Positions 37,611 to 49,981 of a stretch of 64,000 bases of DNA are shown piece after piece. Positions within the stretch are counted from its first letter, which is position 1. Every line of letters begins with the position of its first letter. The translations under genes and the position numbers were made by a program. The notes beneath the pieces are model-generated. The model searched no databases. It was not told the origin of the DNA and was given only the letters and a program-made list of their open reading frames with translations. Location of the stretch: positions 3,968-67,967 of the forward strand of contig CANPZF010000003.1 in the NCBI GenBank assembly GCA_947589015.1, written 5' to 3'. The DNA comes from an uncultured Clostridia bacterium. GTDB taxonomy: Bacteria > Bacillota > Clostridia > TANB77 > CAG-508.

Positions 37611-40600
37611 TTGGGAAAAATAATAGAAACAAGACAACTCTACAAAGAAGTCATAAATGAACTTTCAGAAAGTGCAGAAAATTGGAGAAAGTTTTTAGAT
37701 AGCAGTTCATGGAATTTCAAATATGATTTTGATGACCAAATTTTAATATATGCACAGCGACCAGATGCAAGAGCTTGTGCAACAATGGAAGAATGGAATA
37801 AAAAAGTAGTACCACATAGATGGGTAAATAGTGGAGCAACACCAATTTATGTATTCGACAAAAATCCGTATAGTAAATATCCATTTAAGTTAGTATTTGA
37901 TTTATCAGACACGAACAACTATAATAATACAAAGTACAAATTGTGGTCTATAAAACAAGAATATGAAAAAGATATAATTGAAAGTTTAGAAGCCAATTTT
38001 GGAGATATAGGCTCAAAAGAAAATTTATCACAAGCTATAATTTCTGCAAGTTATAATATGGTAGTAGATAATATAGAAGATTATTTGGCATCAATTATAG
38101 ATAACAAGGCAAATTCAATGCTTGAAACTATATCAAATGAAGAAATAAAAACTATGCTTATTACTACTACATGGGCAAGTGTAAGCTATATGATGATGAC
38201 TAGATGTGGAATAAATGCAAAAGAACAAATACAAGAGCAAGAATTATCATATATAAAATACTTTAATAACCAAGAAGTTCTAACAACATTAGGTGCAAGT
38301 GTAAGTGATATAGCAGAAATGGGTTTGAGAGAAATTGCAAGGACAGTTGCAAATCTACAAAAAAGTGAAAAATTAAAAAATCGTACAATTGAGAAATTTG
38401 ATAAAGAAATGTATTCTAATGATAATGAAAAAATCAAAGGAGGAAATGAAGATGGTAGAGAAAATAGAGTACACGAAACAGGGGGATTATTATATGCCCA
38501 ACCTAACAATGGAGAAAGAGAGGATACCAACAGGGAAATACGCTCTGATGAGATACAATTATCTAAAGAATCACAAAAACCACGAATTGACAATATTAGT
38601 AATGAACAAGGAACTAGCACAACACTTGACACAAATACAGAAACAAATGAGCCAGAGAGTAGAAGAATTGGTAGAGATGATGAAGAAACAACAAGGAATA
38701 ACAGAGGAATTGAAAGCCAACAAACAAATGGAATGGGTAGGACTTGTGAACAACATCAAAGCGACAGCAGAGGAGATGGCAGCGAACGAAATAATTTACA
38801 TTTAGAAGAAAATTCACCACAAAGAAGAATATTAACTAAAGAAGAACAAAAAACAGATAAAGACTATTTACAAGACAAATATGTAAGCACATTATTAAGC
38901 AATATTCAAACTTTAAAAGTAAGTAGAAATGACATTAAAGAGTTTTATAAAACACATTTAGATATAGCAGATAGAACAGAATATATAAAAAAAGCCTTTA
39001 ATGATGCTTATACAGAAATTGTAGTTGATGATGTAAGATTAGGTTATAAAACTTATGAAAATGTACTACATTTATGGAAAGATGATTACTTAAATAGAAC
39101 AGCAGAAGTATATTACAAATGGGAAATAATAGCAGAATATATTGAAGGACTTATATTAGTAAATGAATTTAACGATTTGCATAAACCAATGCCAAGCTAT
39201 GATGACCAAATGCAAATGTTACAAGTAGAAGCAGAAAATGCTCCTACTTTTTCTTTTACGCAAGAGATAATTGATTATGCTTTACAAGGTGGAAGTAATA
39301 TTCATGAAAGCAAAATGAGAATATATCATCAATTTGAAACGAGTCTTTCTAGTAAAGATAATATACAGTTTCTAAAAAAAGAGTATGGATGGGGTGGTAG
39401 CAGTTCAATTCATACTGGAACAAGAGTAGGTATTGACTTTGATGGAACTGGAATAAAATTGCATAGAGGCTATGGAGATAATGATCCTAAAATTACATTA
39501 CCATGGAATAAAGTAGAAAAAAGAATAAGTGAGTTAATAAAACTTGATAGATACTTAAATGATAAGGAAAAAGCAGAATATTCTAATTGGCTAAAAAAAC
39601 AAGACCAAGAAAGAGAATTGCGAGAAGCAGAAGAAAAACTAGAAAATCAAGCAGAACAACAAGAGTATGAGCTTGCCAAAAGAGTATATTCATTTGTTAA
39701 GCCATCAGATTTATATAATTATCCAGATGATACAGCAGCTTTAAATACGGATGAAGAAAATATTGAAATAGTAAAATCAGATATAAGTGATACGAGAAAT
39801 GTAAATGACTATGTAAATGCTTTGAATAAAATAAGAGAAAGTATTACTGATACAGATTCGCAAAAACATGAACTAGATGTACTAATATCTATATTAGAGA
39901 AAAGAGTTCCACATTATGAATATCATTTAGGAGATACTGTCTATATTGGTGCAGATAAGTATGAAATTGCAGGTATAAAGGAGAATGTAGTTACCTTAAT
40001 TGATACAAAATTTCCAATACTTAATAAGCAAATGAGCTTTGATGAATTTGAAAGAAAAGTCAAAGACAACTATTCAAATGACCATTTAATTGTAAAAGAA
40101 GAAACTACAATAGAAGTATCAAAGGCAAAAAATGGGCAACCAATTGAATCAGAAAAAGCTATAAGTAATGACAAGATAGAAAAAGATATTAGTGAAAAGT
40201 ATGCACTAAAAATGTTTTTTGATGATTCGATAGAAGATATAGATCAAAAAAAATTATTAGATAGTGAGTTACAATTAGATAAAAAAATTGATATGGTGAA
40301 AGATATTTATACAACAGGTGCTTTTAGTATAGCTGATGTCGAATATAGAATAACAGAAGAAGGGTTGCAGTTTAAGTATAATGATAAGAAATATGGAGTA
40401 GAGTGGATAAGTCTTACAGAATTATTTATAGATTATATAAGAGAAAAGAATGAAAAAGTCCAAGAAATCTACTCAAATGACCATTTATCAGATCATACAA
40501 TAGAAAAAACAGAAGTAAAGGAAATTAAACAGGAAGAACCATACAAAGTAGGACAAGAAGTTTATTTAGAATCTGATAGAAAATATAAAATTGATACAAT

Positions 40601-43600
40601 AGATGTAGAGCATGATAAAATAAGCCTATTAGACTTATCAATAAACTATCCTATTTTTAGAGAAGAAAGTATTTTAACCTTTGAAAACTTATATAATCAA
40701 AATGAAAGAAACTTCCCTAAACAAGATATTAAGCCTAATTTTGTAAGAAATAAAAACAAAATTCAGGACTTCGTATTACACCCAGAAGTAGCACTAGAAA
40801 ATAGAAATAACTATAAAATTACAGATAATGATTTAGGAATAGGAACTCCTAGAGAAAAATTTGAAAGAAATATTGCTGCAATTAAAGTATTGAAAAAGTG
40901 TGAAGAGGAAAATAGGTATGCGACGCCAGAAGAACAAGAAATTATGTCAAAATATGTCGGATGGGGTGGTTTACAACAAGCATTTAAAGAAGATGATAGT
41001 AGTTGGTCAAATGAATATAAAACATTAAAAGAATTATTAAATGATGATGAATATAAAAATGCTAGAAGTTCTGTACTGACAGCATTTTACACACCACCTA
41101 TTGTAATCAATTCAATGTATGAAATACTACAAAATATGGGATTAAAAGAAGCAAATATATTAGAGCCATCATGTGGTGTTGGAAATTTCTTTGGAATGTT
41201 ACCAACACAATTAAAAGAATGCAAAATGTATGGTGTTGAGCTTGATTCTATATCTGGAAGAATAGCACAGCAACTATATCAAAAATCTACAATAGCAGTA
41301 AATGCCTATGAAAAAGTAGAATTACCAGATAGCTTTTTTGATGTAGCAGTTCGGCAATGTACCATTTGATGAATATAAGCCGAATGATAAAAGGTACAAT
41401 AAGAATAAGTTTCTAACACATGATTACTTTTTTGCAAAAACACTAGATAAGGTTAGACCTCGGTGGAGTTATTGCATTTATAACCTCAAAAGGAACAATG
41501 GACAAAAAGAACTCAGAGGTTAGGAAATATATTGCGCAAAGAGCAGAGCTATTGGGAGCAATAAGGCTACCTAATAATACATTTACCAAAAACGCAGGAA
41601 CAAAAGTAACTTCAGATATACTATTTTTGAAAAAAAGAGAGAATATGACAGATATTATGCCAGACTGGGTTTATTTAGACACTGACAAAAATGGTATTAC
41701 AATGAATAAATATTTTGTCGATAATCCAGACATGATATTAGGAACGATGGAAATGGAGTCTACACAATTTGGCAGACCAGATTCGACCTGTAAACCTTAT
41801 GAGGGAATAGAGTTAAAGACTTTATTAGACGAAGCAAAAGAGAAGATAGAAGGAGAAATTACAGAATATGAAATAGGAGATATTGAAGAAAGAGAAGAAA
41901 CAATGCTCCCAGCAGATCCTTCTGTAAAAAACTTTTCTTATACTATTATTGATGGCAAAGTATATTTTAGAGAAAATAGTGTAATGGCAGAACAAGACTT
42001 GCCAATTACCACAATAAGCAGAATAAAAGGAATGATAGAACTTCGTGATTGTGTCAGAGATTTAATAGATTTACAAACAGAAGATTATCCAGAAGAAAAT
42101 ATTAAAGTAGCACAAGCAAAATTGAATAGAATGTATGACAACTATGTTAAGAAGTATGGAATTATAAATAGTAGAGGAAATCGTTTAGCATTTGAAGCAG
42201 ATAGTAGCTATTATTTACTATGTTCGTTAGAAGTAATGGACAGTGAGGGCAGATTTGTGCGAAAAGCAGATATGTTCTCAAAAAGAACTATTAAAGCATA
42301 TAAGGAAATAACAAGTGTTGATACTGCAAATGAAGCACTAATTGTATCACTATCAGAAAAAGCATCTGTTGATTTAGAATATATGTCAAAACTTACAAAC
42401 AAAACGCAAGAAGAGTTAGTAAAAGAGCTAGATGGTATTATTTATAAACTTCCTATGGAAAATAATAAATATGTAACAAGTGATGAATACCTTTCTGGAA
42501 ATATAAGAGAAAAACTAAAAATGGCAGAAGCATCAGTTGGAATGCACCCAGAGTTTGCAACTAATATAGAAGCATTAAAAAAAGTAATGCCAAAAGATTT
42601 AACAGCTAATGAAATTGGAATAAAATTAGGTGCAACATGGATACCAACAGAGATTATTGATAGTTTTATGTATGAATTGTTAGAAACTCCAAATCATGCA
42701 CAATGGAATATGAAAGTAAAATTTAGCGAGTATAATTCACAATGGTATATAACAAGTAAAAATTATGATTATTCAAATGTAAGAGCTAATAAAACTTATG
42801 GAACAAATAGAGTAAATGCCTATGAAATTATTGAAAAAACATTGAATTTAAAAGATGTGAAAGTATTTGATACTGTAACAGATCTTGATGGAAACAAAAA
42901 AAGAGAATTTAATGCAAAAGAAACAGCTATTGCACAAGCAAAGCAAGACCAAATTAAGCAAGCATTTGAAGATTGGATTTTTAATGATGTAGAAAGAAGA
43001 GAACGATTAGTAAGGTTATATAATGACAAATTCAACAGCATTAGACCTCGTGAATACGACGGAAGCCATTTGAATTTTGTAGGTATGAATCCAGAGATAA
43101 AATTAAGGAAACACCAACAAAATGCTATTGCTCATATTTTATATGGAAGAAATACACTGTTAGCACATGAGGTACGGAGCAGGAAAAACATTTGAGATGG
43201 TAGCTCGGTGCTATGGAGAGTAAAAGGCTTGGACTTTGTAACAAGTCTATTTTTGTTGTGCCGAATCACATCATTGAGCAGTTTGCAGCAGAATTTTTAC
43301 AACTATATCCTTCTGCAAACATTATGGTAGCAACTAAAAAAGACTTTGCAACAGCTAACAGAAAGAAGTTTTGCTCTCGTATTGCTACTGGAGATTTTGA
43401 TGCAGTAATCATACGGACATTCACAATTTGAAAAGATTCCTATGTCAATAGAAAGACAACAGCAGCTAATTGAAAAGCAAATTGCAGATATTATAGCAGG
43501 AATAGCACAAGCTAAAAGAGATAAGGCAGAGAATTTTACTATAAAACAAATGGAAAAAACAAGACGAGGGTTAGAAAGCAAACTTGAGAAATTAAATTCA

Positions 43601-45608
43601 CAAACAAGAAAAGATGATGTAATCAACTTTGAACAGTTAGGAATAGATAAAATATTTGTAGATGAAGCACATAACTACAAGAATTTATTTTTATATACTA
43701 AAATGAACAATGTAGGTGGAATTTCACAGACAGATGCACAAAAGAGTAGCGATTTATATATGAAATGCCGTTATATGGATGAGATAACAGATGGTAGAGG
43801 AGTAGTATTCGCAACAGGTACTCCAGTAAGCAACTCAATGGTAGAACTTTACACTATGCAACGATATTTACAATATAACGATTTAAGAAAAATGGGACTT
43901 GAACATTTTGATAATTGGGCATCTATTTTTGGAGAAACAGTAACAGCAATGGAACTTTCGCCAGAACGGAACAAGTTATAGGAGTAAAACAAGATTCTCA
44001 AAATTTCATAATTTACCAGAACTTATGTCGCTTTTCAAAGAAGTTGCAGATATTCAAACTGCTGATACTTTAAATTTACCAACACCAGAAGTAGTAAGGC
44101 ATGATGAAATAGTAAAACCTAGTCAAATGCAACAAGATATGGTTGCAGAATTAGGAGAAAGAGCAGAAGCTATTAGAAAAGGTAGTGTAGATCCTAGCGA
44201 AGATAATATGCTAAAAATTACTAATGAGGGTAGAAAACTTGCATTAGACCAAAGACTTATGAATGAAATGCTAGAAGATAACGAAAATGGAAAAGTTGGA
44301 ACTTGTGCAAATAACATCTATAAAATATGGGAAGAAAATAAAGAACAAAAATTAACACAATTAGTATTTTGTGATTTATCTACACCAAAGCAATTTGAAG
44401 AAAAATTTGATGATGAGGGCAACTATGTATTTACTGATGTTTATAACGATTTAAGAAGAAAGCTAGTATTAAAAGGTATTCCACGCGAAGAAATCGCCTT
44501 TATACATGAAGCAGATAATGAAACTAAAAAGAAAGAACTATTTGCTAAAGTAAGAAAAGGCGAAATTAGAGTGTTAATGGGAAGTACAAGCAAAATGGGT
44601 GCAGGTACTAATGTGCAAGATAAAATAATAGCTTTACACCATTTAGACACACCATATAGACCTGCCGATTTAACACAAAGAAATGGTAGAGGAGTAAGAC
44701 AAGGAAATCAAAATAAACAAGTTCATATATATACCTATGTAACAGAGAAAACATTTGATGCTTACTTATTTCAAATGTTAGAGAGAAAGCAAGGCTTTAT
44801 ATCACAAATAATGACTTCAAAGACTCCAGATAGAACAGCAGACGATATAGATGAAACAGCATTGAGTTATGGAGAAATTAAGGCTCTGGCAACTGGAAAT
44901 AAATATATACTAGAAAAAACACAATTAGATTCAGAAGTTGCAAAATTAAAAATTGTAAGACAAAGTTATCAAAGTCAAATTTATGATTTAGAAGATAAAA
45001 TTGCAAGATCTTATCCAAATCAAATAAAAGAAATACAAGAAAAGGTAGACGCATTAGAAGCAGATGTTAAGCAGCTAGAAGATAATACAATACCAAATGA
45101 AGATGGATTCTCTAAAATGATACTTAAAGGAATTGAATATACTGATAAAGAGCAAGCAGGAAAAGCAATACTAGAAGTTTGCAAATCAAAATCAAATCCA
45201 GATATTGAAGATATAGGAGAATATAGGGGATTTAGATTAGAACTTGGTTTTAATTCAGTAGAAAAGAAATTTACTATGACTATGAAAAATAAATATAGTT
45301 ATAGTATTTTTTTAGGTAATGATACTTTTGGAAATATTACAAGAATAAATAATGCACTAGAAGCAATAAAAGATAAGATTCCAGATGCAAAGTTGAGAAT
45401 AGAAGATATTGAAAAGCAACTTGAAACAGCAAAAATAGAAGTTCAAAAGCCATTTCCAAAAGAAGAAGAACTAAAAGAAAAAATGAAAAAACTTGAAGAA
45501 CTAAATATATTATTGAAACTAGATGAGAAAGAAAAACAAGTATTAGATACATCAAATGATGAAATAGAAGAGAATGAAAAAGATAAAAACAAAGACCATG
45601 AAAGATAA
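37611..45608 (+). CDS. about 2660-aa polyvalent conjugative protein (N-terminal ssDNA-binding/ArdC-like region, N6-adenine DNA methylase, SNF2/DEAD-like helicase), split only by six extra C residues
   Basis: The TTG start follows a GGAGGAG. The methylase motifs are EPSCGVGNFFG and (G)NVPF. The helicase motifs are (G)AGKT and FVDEAHNYKN, plus a helicase-C region. Track ORFs 37611, 41498, 43213, 43442 and 44025 join through C-GGN sites at 41352, 41461, 43175, 43206, 43414 and 43967. The frame path is 0,1,2,0,1,2,0. Confidence 0.85.
38452..38805 (+). CDS. tnpV: TnpV-like protein encoded in the +1 frame inside the polyvalent protein gene
   Basis: An AAAGGAGG lies 8 nt upstream of the ATG at 38452. 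The 117-aa product has TnpV-family features (GKYALMRYNYLKNHK...ELKANKQMEWVGLVNNIKATAEEM..NEIIY). The host frame 0 stays open throughout. Confidence 0.6.
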   Translation: MVEKIEYTKQGDYYMPNLTMEKERIPTGKYALMRYNYLKNHKNHELTILVMNKELAQHLTQIQKQMSQRVEELVEMMKKQQGITEELKANKQMEWVGLVNNIKATAEEMAANEIIYI

Positions 45609-45667
45609 TCTAAATGCAAAGAAAATATTAGAAAATCATATATTTTTAGATAGAAAAGAGGTTGAAA

Positions 45668-45877
45668 ATGTTATCAAACGAAGATGAAATAAAACTATAT
45701 CATATTGTATGTAATATATCTAAAATATGTAAAAATTATTTTTATGAAAGAAAATATCTTCCTAAAGATTGTTGGTCTATTGATGATGTAGTTAAACTAA
45801 TTTCTGCATCTTCAACAGAATTAAAAAAACAATACAATATAATGAAAAAGAATAATAATTTAGAAAATATAAGATAG
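45668..45877 (+). CDS. small hypothetical ICE protein
   Basis: The ATG follows AAGAGG. A stem-loop (ACAGAC / GTCTGT plus a T-run) follows at 45878-45903. Confidence 0.45.
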   Translation: MLSNEDEIKLYHIVCNISKICKNYFYERKYLPKDCWSIDDVVKLISASSTELKKQYNIMKKNNNLENIR

Positions 45878-45922
45878 ACAGACTATAAAGGTCTGTATTT
45901 TTAGTTTTAGGAGGTGCTATAT

Positions 45923-46897
45923 ATGCCTTATATACCACCAGAAATAGTAAAAAAAGCAGAAGAGATGGACTTATTAACTTACTTGCAAAACTATGAGCCA
46001 GATGAATTAGTAAAGATAGGAAATGGAACATATACCACAAAAACACACGATAGTATGAGAATAAGTAATGGGTTATGGAATTGGTTTTCAGAGGGTATAG
46101 GTGGAAAAAATGCTGTTTCTTATCTAATGAAAGTAAAAAAATATTCTTTTTTAGAAGCTATACAAACAATTATAGGCAATATAAATGTTAAGCAACCTGT
46201 AATTTATAAAGAAGAAAAACAAGAAAACATTGCGTTAGTTTTACCGACAAAATCAAATAATTGTGATCGTGCAAAAAGCTATTTAATGAGTAGAGGAATT
46301 GACACAGAGATAATAAAAGAGTGCATAGAAAACAATTTGATTTATGAAAGTGAGCCTAATCATAATGTTGTTTTTATAGGTATTGATGATGAGAAATGTC
46401 CAAAGTATGCTTTTTATAGAAGTACAAACGATACAAGATTTATGGGAGAATCGAAAGGAAGTGATAAAGCATATACCTTTAGATTAAAGGCAAAAACAGA
46501 AAGCAATAGAGTGCATTTATTTGAAAGTGCTATTGATTTATTATCTTATGCAACATTATTAAAAATGAAAAATATAGACTGGCATAGAGAAAATATGATT
46601 TCACTTGCAGGTGTAAATAACCCATCAAAGACAAGTGAGAATAATAAAATACCAATAGCAATAAAAGAATTTTTAGAGAAGAATCCTAACATAAATGAAA
46701 TACATTTGCATTTAGATAATGATGAAGTTGGAAGAAATGCAAGCATAGCTTTGCAAGAAACACTATCAAAAAACTATAAAGTTTTAGATAGACCTGCACC
46801 ATTAGGAAAGGACTGCAATGATTATTTACGATATATGTTAGGTATAAAAAAGTTGAATAAAAATACAAAAGAAAAGGTATGCGAAGTAGCAAGATAA
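45923..46897 (+). CDS. DUF3991 + Toprim domain primase-like protein
   Basis: The ATG lies 8 nt after an AGGAGG. The N-terminus IPPEIVKKAEEMDLLTYL...W.WFS.GIGG.NA.SYLM is DUF3991-like. The Toprim-like part reads LFESAIDLLS...LHLDNDEVGR. Confidence 0.75.
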   Translation: MPYIPPEIVKKAEEMDLLTYLQNYEPDELVKIGNGTYTTKTHDSMRISNGLWNWFSEGIGGKNAVSYLMKVKKYSFLEAIQTIIGNINVKQPVIYKEEKQENIALVLPTKSNNCDRAKSYLMSRGIDTEIIKECIENNLIYESEPNHNVVFIGIDDEKCPKYAFYRSTNDTRFMGESKGSDKAYTFRLKAKTESNRVHLFESAIDLLSYATLLKMKNIDWHRENMISLAGVNNPSKTSENNKIPIAIKEFLEKNPNINEIHLHLDNDEVGRNASIALQETLSKNYKVLDRPAPLGKDCNDYLRYMLGIKKLNKNTKEKVCEVAR

Positions 46898-46924
46898 AGC
46901 AAAAAAATGGAGGAAAAAACAAAC

Positions 46925-47356
46925 ATGAATAAATATAAAATTGAATTTAAACAAACATTTAAGAAAGAAGTAACAGTATATGCAGATGATGAAAATGCAG
47001 CAATGAATATCGTAGAACAAACCTTTTTGAAAACGGATTTGCTTGATGATTCTACAAGAGATTTAGAAAAAATTGAAACAAAAATTATTGAAAAGAATAA
47101 TGAAAAAGTTGAAAATAATTTTACAAATTTAGAAGAAAACCAGATAACTTTAGACAAAGAAGATCTCGAATATATTGATAGATTAGCAGATGAAGTAGAG
47201 GGGGATTTAAACGAAATAAAAGATATTTTATTTGAAAATGAAGATAATTTAGATGTAGATGACCTTGAAAATCTTGAAGAATTAGAAGATGAAATGGAAG
47301 AAAAATTAGACGAAATTAGAGAAGTTATAGTAGAAATTAAGGAAGAAAATTTATAA
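46925..47356 (+). CDS. DpnD/PcfM-like protein with very acidic C-terminus
   Basis: The ATG follows a GGAGGAAAA. The N-terminus reads KYKIEFKQTFKKEVTVYADDENAAMNIVEQ, and the C-terminal half is D/E-rich. Confidence 0.55.
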   Translation: MNKYKIEFKQTFKKEVTVYADDENAAMNIVEQTFLKTDLLDDSTRDLEKIETKIIEKNNEKVENNFTNLEENQITLDKEDLEYIDRLADEVEGDLNEIKDILFENEDNLDVDDLENLEELEDEMEEKLDEIREVIVEIKEENL

Positions 47357-47399
47357 ATTTTGCCTAAAAAATATAACAAAAATATGTAGTTTTATTTTA

Positions 47400-47500
47400 G
47401 TCTATTTTAGAAATGTAAAAATGATGTCCTAGCAAGCACTGCATTTGTCTATACGCAAATGCAAATTATGGGGACACCCCAAACCCCATAAAAAATAATT
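47400..47500 (+). promoter_or_regulatory. candidate oriT region upstream of mobC-relaxase
   Basis: It is a non-coding gap with inverted repeats GCATTTG (47441-47447) / CAAATGC (47456-47462) and ATGGGG (47468-47473) / CCCCAT (47484-47489). It is locally GC-rich. Confidence 0.4.
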
Positions 47501-47525
47501 GTAGAAAGAGGTGTAAAATTTTTAT

Positions 47526-47849
47526 TTGAGAAAAAGAGATATTCTAAAAACTTTTTATGTAGATGATGAAGAAAACAAAAGATTAAAACAAAATGCAAAG
47601 AAAGTAGGACTAAACGAAAGTGCTTATATAAGAAATCTTATTATGGGATACAAACCAAAAGAGCAGCCAACAGAAAATATGTATGAGATAATAAAACAAT
47701 TACAACTTGTTGGAATAAACTTAAATCAAATTGCAAGAAAAGCAAATGCTTTAGATATAATTGATGCACCATTTTATAAAAAGGTTTATACAAAGTGGAA
47801 TGAATTAGCAGAAAATATAAAGAAAGAATTTTTAGATATGGAAAAGTAA
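47526..47849 (+). CDS. mobC: MobC-family relaxosome accessory protein
   Basis: It has a TTG start. It contains the ribbon-helix-helix-like RLKQNAKKVGLNESAYIRNLI and GINLNQIARKAN, and sits immediately upstream of the relaxase. Confidence 0.7.
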   Translation: MRKRDILKTFYVDDEENKRLKQNAKKVGLNESAYIRNLIMGYKPKEQPTENMYEIIKQLQLVGINLNQIARKANALDIIDAPFYKKVYTKWNELAENIKKEFLDMEK

Positions 47850-47850
47850 A

Positions 47851-49206
47851 ATGGCTACAACAAAAATAAAAGCAATAAAGAAAAGACTTGACCATGTAAT
47901 TGATTATACAACTAATCCAAGCAAAACAAGTAAGGAAGCATATAGTGAACTTCATAATGTTATTGAATATGCAAAGGCATCATATAAAACAGAAGAGCAA
48001 TTATATGTTACAGCAATAAATTGTGATAAAGATTCTATACATGAAGATATGATGAGAACAAAAAGAAGATATAGTAAAACAAATGGTGTTTTAGGTTATC
48101 ATGCTTTTCAGTCTTTTGCAAAAGGAGAGGTAACCCCAGAAATTGCACACGAAATTGGTGTAAAATTAGCCAATGAATTATGGGGAGATAGATTTGAAGT
48201 TATTGTAACAACACATTTGAATACAGAACATATACACAATCACTTCTGTTTAAATTCTGTTTCATTTAAAGATGGAAAAAAATATCATGACTGTCATGAA
48301 ACTTATGCTCTAATGAGAGAAACATCAGATAGACTTTGCGAAGAATATAAGTTGAGTGTGATAAAAGAAAAACAGTGTCCAAAAAGTAAAATAGATTACA
48401 GAAATTTTTATAAATCAGAAGTGAAAAAATCTAATCATCATACTATTGCAAAAGAAGATATTGACTATGCAATAGGACAAGCATATTCATACAAAGACTT
48501 TTTATCTATATTAAATAAAATGGGTTATACAGTAGAAAATCGTTATGGAAAATTAAGTGTGAGAAAAGAGCCTTACAAAAAGAACATAAGAATAGAGAGA
48601 GCCTTTGGAGATGATTACAAAATTGAAAATATTGAAAAAAGAATTTATGAAACACAAGCAATAAGAGAGCCATTTCCAGAAGCAAGAGCAAAACCTAAAA
48701 GATATAGAATGGTAAAAAAGCAAAACCTAAAAAATAGAAAAAAGGCTAAAGGAATAAAAGCATTATATTTGCATTATTGCTTTTTATTAAAAGTGTATCC
48801 TAAAAATAAGAAGATGAAAAAACAATATTCAAAAGAAATGAGAGAAGAAATAAAAAAGATGGATAAAATTTCAAATGAAGCAAAGCTCTTGTGCAGAAAA
48901 AATATTCAATCTGCTCAAGAGCTTTCAGCATATAAAAAATCACTTATACTTGATAGAAAAGAAAATAAGGCAAAAGTAGAGAGCTTATGGAAGAAAAATA
49001 GGAAAGCAGCTAATGAAAGTGATAAACAGAAAAATTATGAAGAAATAAAAATGCTTCAGAGCGAAATAAAAAAACTAAACCAAGAAATTGAGTTAATAGA
49101 AGATATTGAAACAAGAACACCAAAGATAAAAGAGATTATTGATGAAGTAGAAAATAGAAATCAAGAAAAAGAAAAGGAGAAAGAAAATAGTGAGTATATC
49201 AAGTGA
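47851..49206 (+). CDS. relaxase/mobilisation nuclease (MobA/VirD2-type, PF03432-like)
   Basis: The N-terminal relaxase domain has the histidine triad HLNTEHIHNHFCLNS. The C-terminus is coiled-coil and K/E-rich. Confidence 0.8.
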   Translation: MATTKIKAIKKRLDHVIDYTTNPSKTSKEAYSELHNVIEYAKASYKTEEQLYVTAINCDKDSIHEDMMRTKRRYSKTNGVLGYHAFQSFAKGEVTPEIAHEIGVKLANELWGDRFEVIVTTHLNTEHIHNHFCLNSVSFKDGKKYHDCHETYALMRETSDRLCEEYKLSVIKEKQCPKSKIDYRNFYKSEVKKSNHHTIAKEDIDYAIGQAYSYKDFLSILNKMGYTVENRYGKLSVRKEPYKKNIRIERAFGDDYKIENIEKRIYETQAIREPFPEARAKPKRYRMVKKQNLKNRKKAKGIKALYLHYCFLLKVYPKNKKMKKQYSKEMREEIKKMDKISNEAKLLCRKNIQSAQELSAYKKSLILDRKENKAKVESLWKKNRKAANESDKQKNYEEIKMLQSEIKKLNQEIELIEDIETRTPKIKEIIDEVENRNQEKEKEKENSEYIK

Positions 49207-49981
49207 TTCAGCAGAACAAACTGTTAAATTGCTATTAGATGGAACAGTAGTAGTAGCAAAAATAAGTGGACTAGCTGTAAAAAATATTGCTGTAGCATTA
49301 TATACTATATCACAAGACCAAAAGCAGACAAAAGGCAAGACTAGATTAAATAATATGATAAAAAGTGATAACGAATTAAAAATTTTTTCTATTAAAAAAG
49401 AAGATATGAAAACTTTTTGCCATGAAGCTAGAAGCTATGGAATATTATATTGTGCTTTGGTAAATAGAAAAAACAAAAATATTGATGGTATGGTAGATAT
49501 AATGGTAAGAGCAAAAGATGCACCACAAGTAAATAGAATTGTAGAAAGATATAATTTATGCACTTATGATAAGGCATCAATTCAAACAGAAATTGAAAAT
49601 GAGAAAGTTACTAATAAAAATGAAAAAGACTTGTCAGATAATGCACCAGATATAGGAGAGGAAAGAACAGAAGTAAATGAAGCTATGGTAGATGATATTT
49701 TTTCTAAACCAAAGGAAAATGAAAACCAAAACCCCGAAGTAGCAAAAACGGAAAAAAACCCTCCGTCAGAGCCTTCCTTGAAGAGCAAAAACAATTCCGA
49801 GGGGGTTACTAAACCTGCACAAAAAGAATCTGTTAAGAAGAAATTAAAAGAAGCAGAAGCAGAGTTAAAGGTTGAAACGGAATTGAAGAAAGCTCAAAAA
49901 TCTAAAGAAAGTATTATGGCAGAAATGCCACAAGTACAAGCACCAAAATTAGAAATAGCAAATAAGGAAAGAGGTAAATGA
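49190..49981 (+). CDS. PcfB/DUF3801-like protein
   Basis: It has a GTG start. The N-terminus reads TVKLLLDGTVVVAKISGLAVKNIAVALYTI, and the C-terminus is charged. Confidence 0.6.
   Translation: MSISSDSAEQTVKLLLDGTVVVAKISGLAVKNIAVALYTISQDQKQTKGKTRLNNMIKSDNELKIFSIKKEDMKTFCHEARSYGILYCALVNRKNKNIDGMVDIMVRAKDAPQVNRIVERYNLCTYDKASIQTEIENEKVTNKNEKDLSDNAPDIGEERTEVNEAMVDDIFSKPKENENQNPEVAKTEKNPPSEPSLKSKNNSEGVTKPAQKESVKKKLKEAEAELKVETELKKAQKSKESIMAEMPQVQAPKLEIANKERGK

Noticed and set aside
38186-38820. Several long minus-strand ORFs (148, 62 and 68 aa) over the polyvalent-gene linker.
   Set aside because: The region is T-poor on the plus strand, which removes stop codons in all frames. The products are low-complexity, with no SD. 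Only the plus-strand TnpV-like ORF has family resemblance and an SD.
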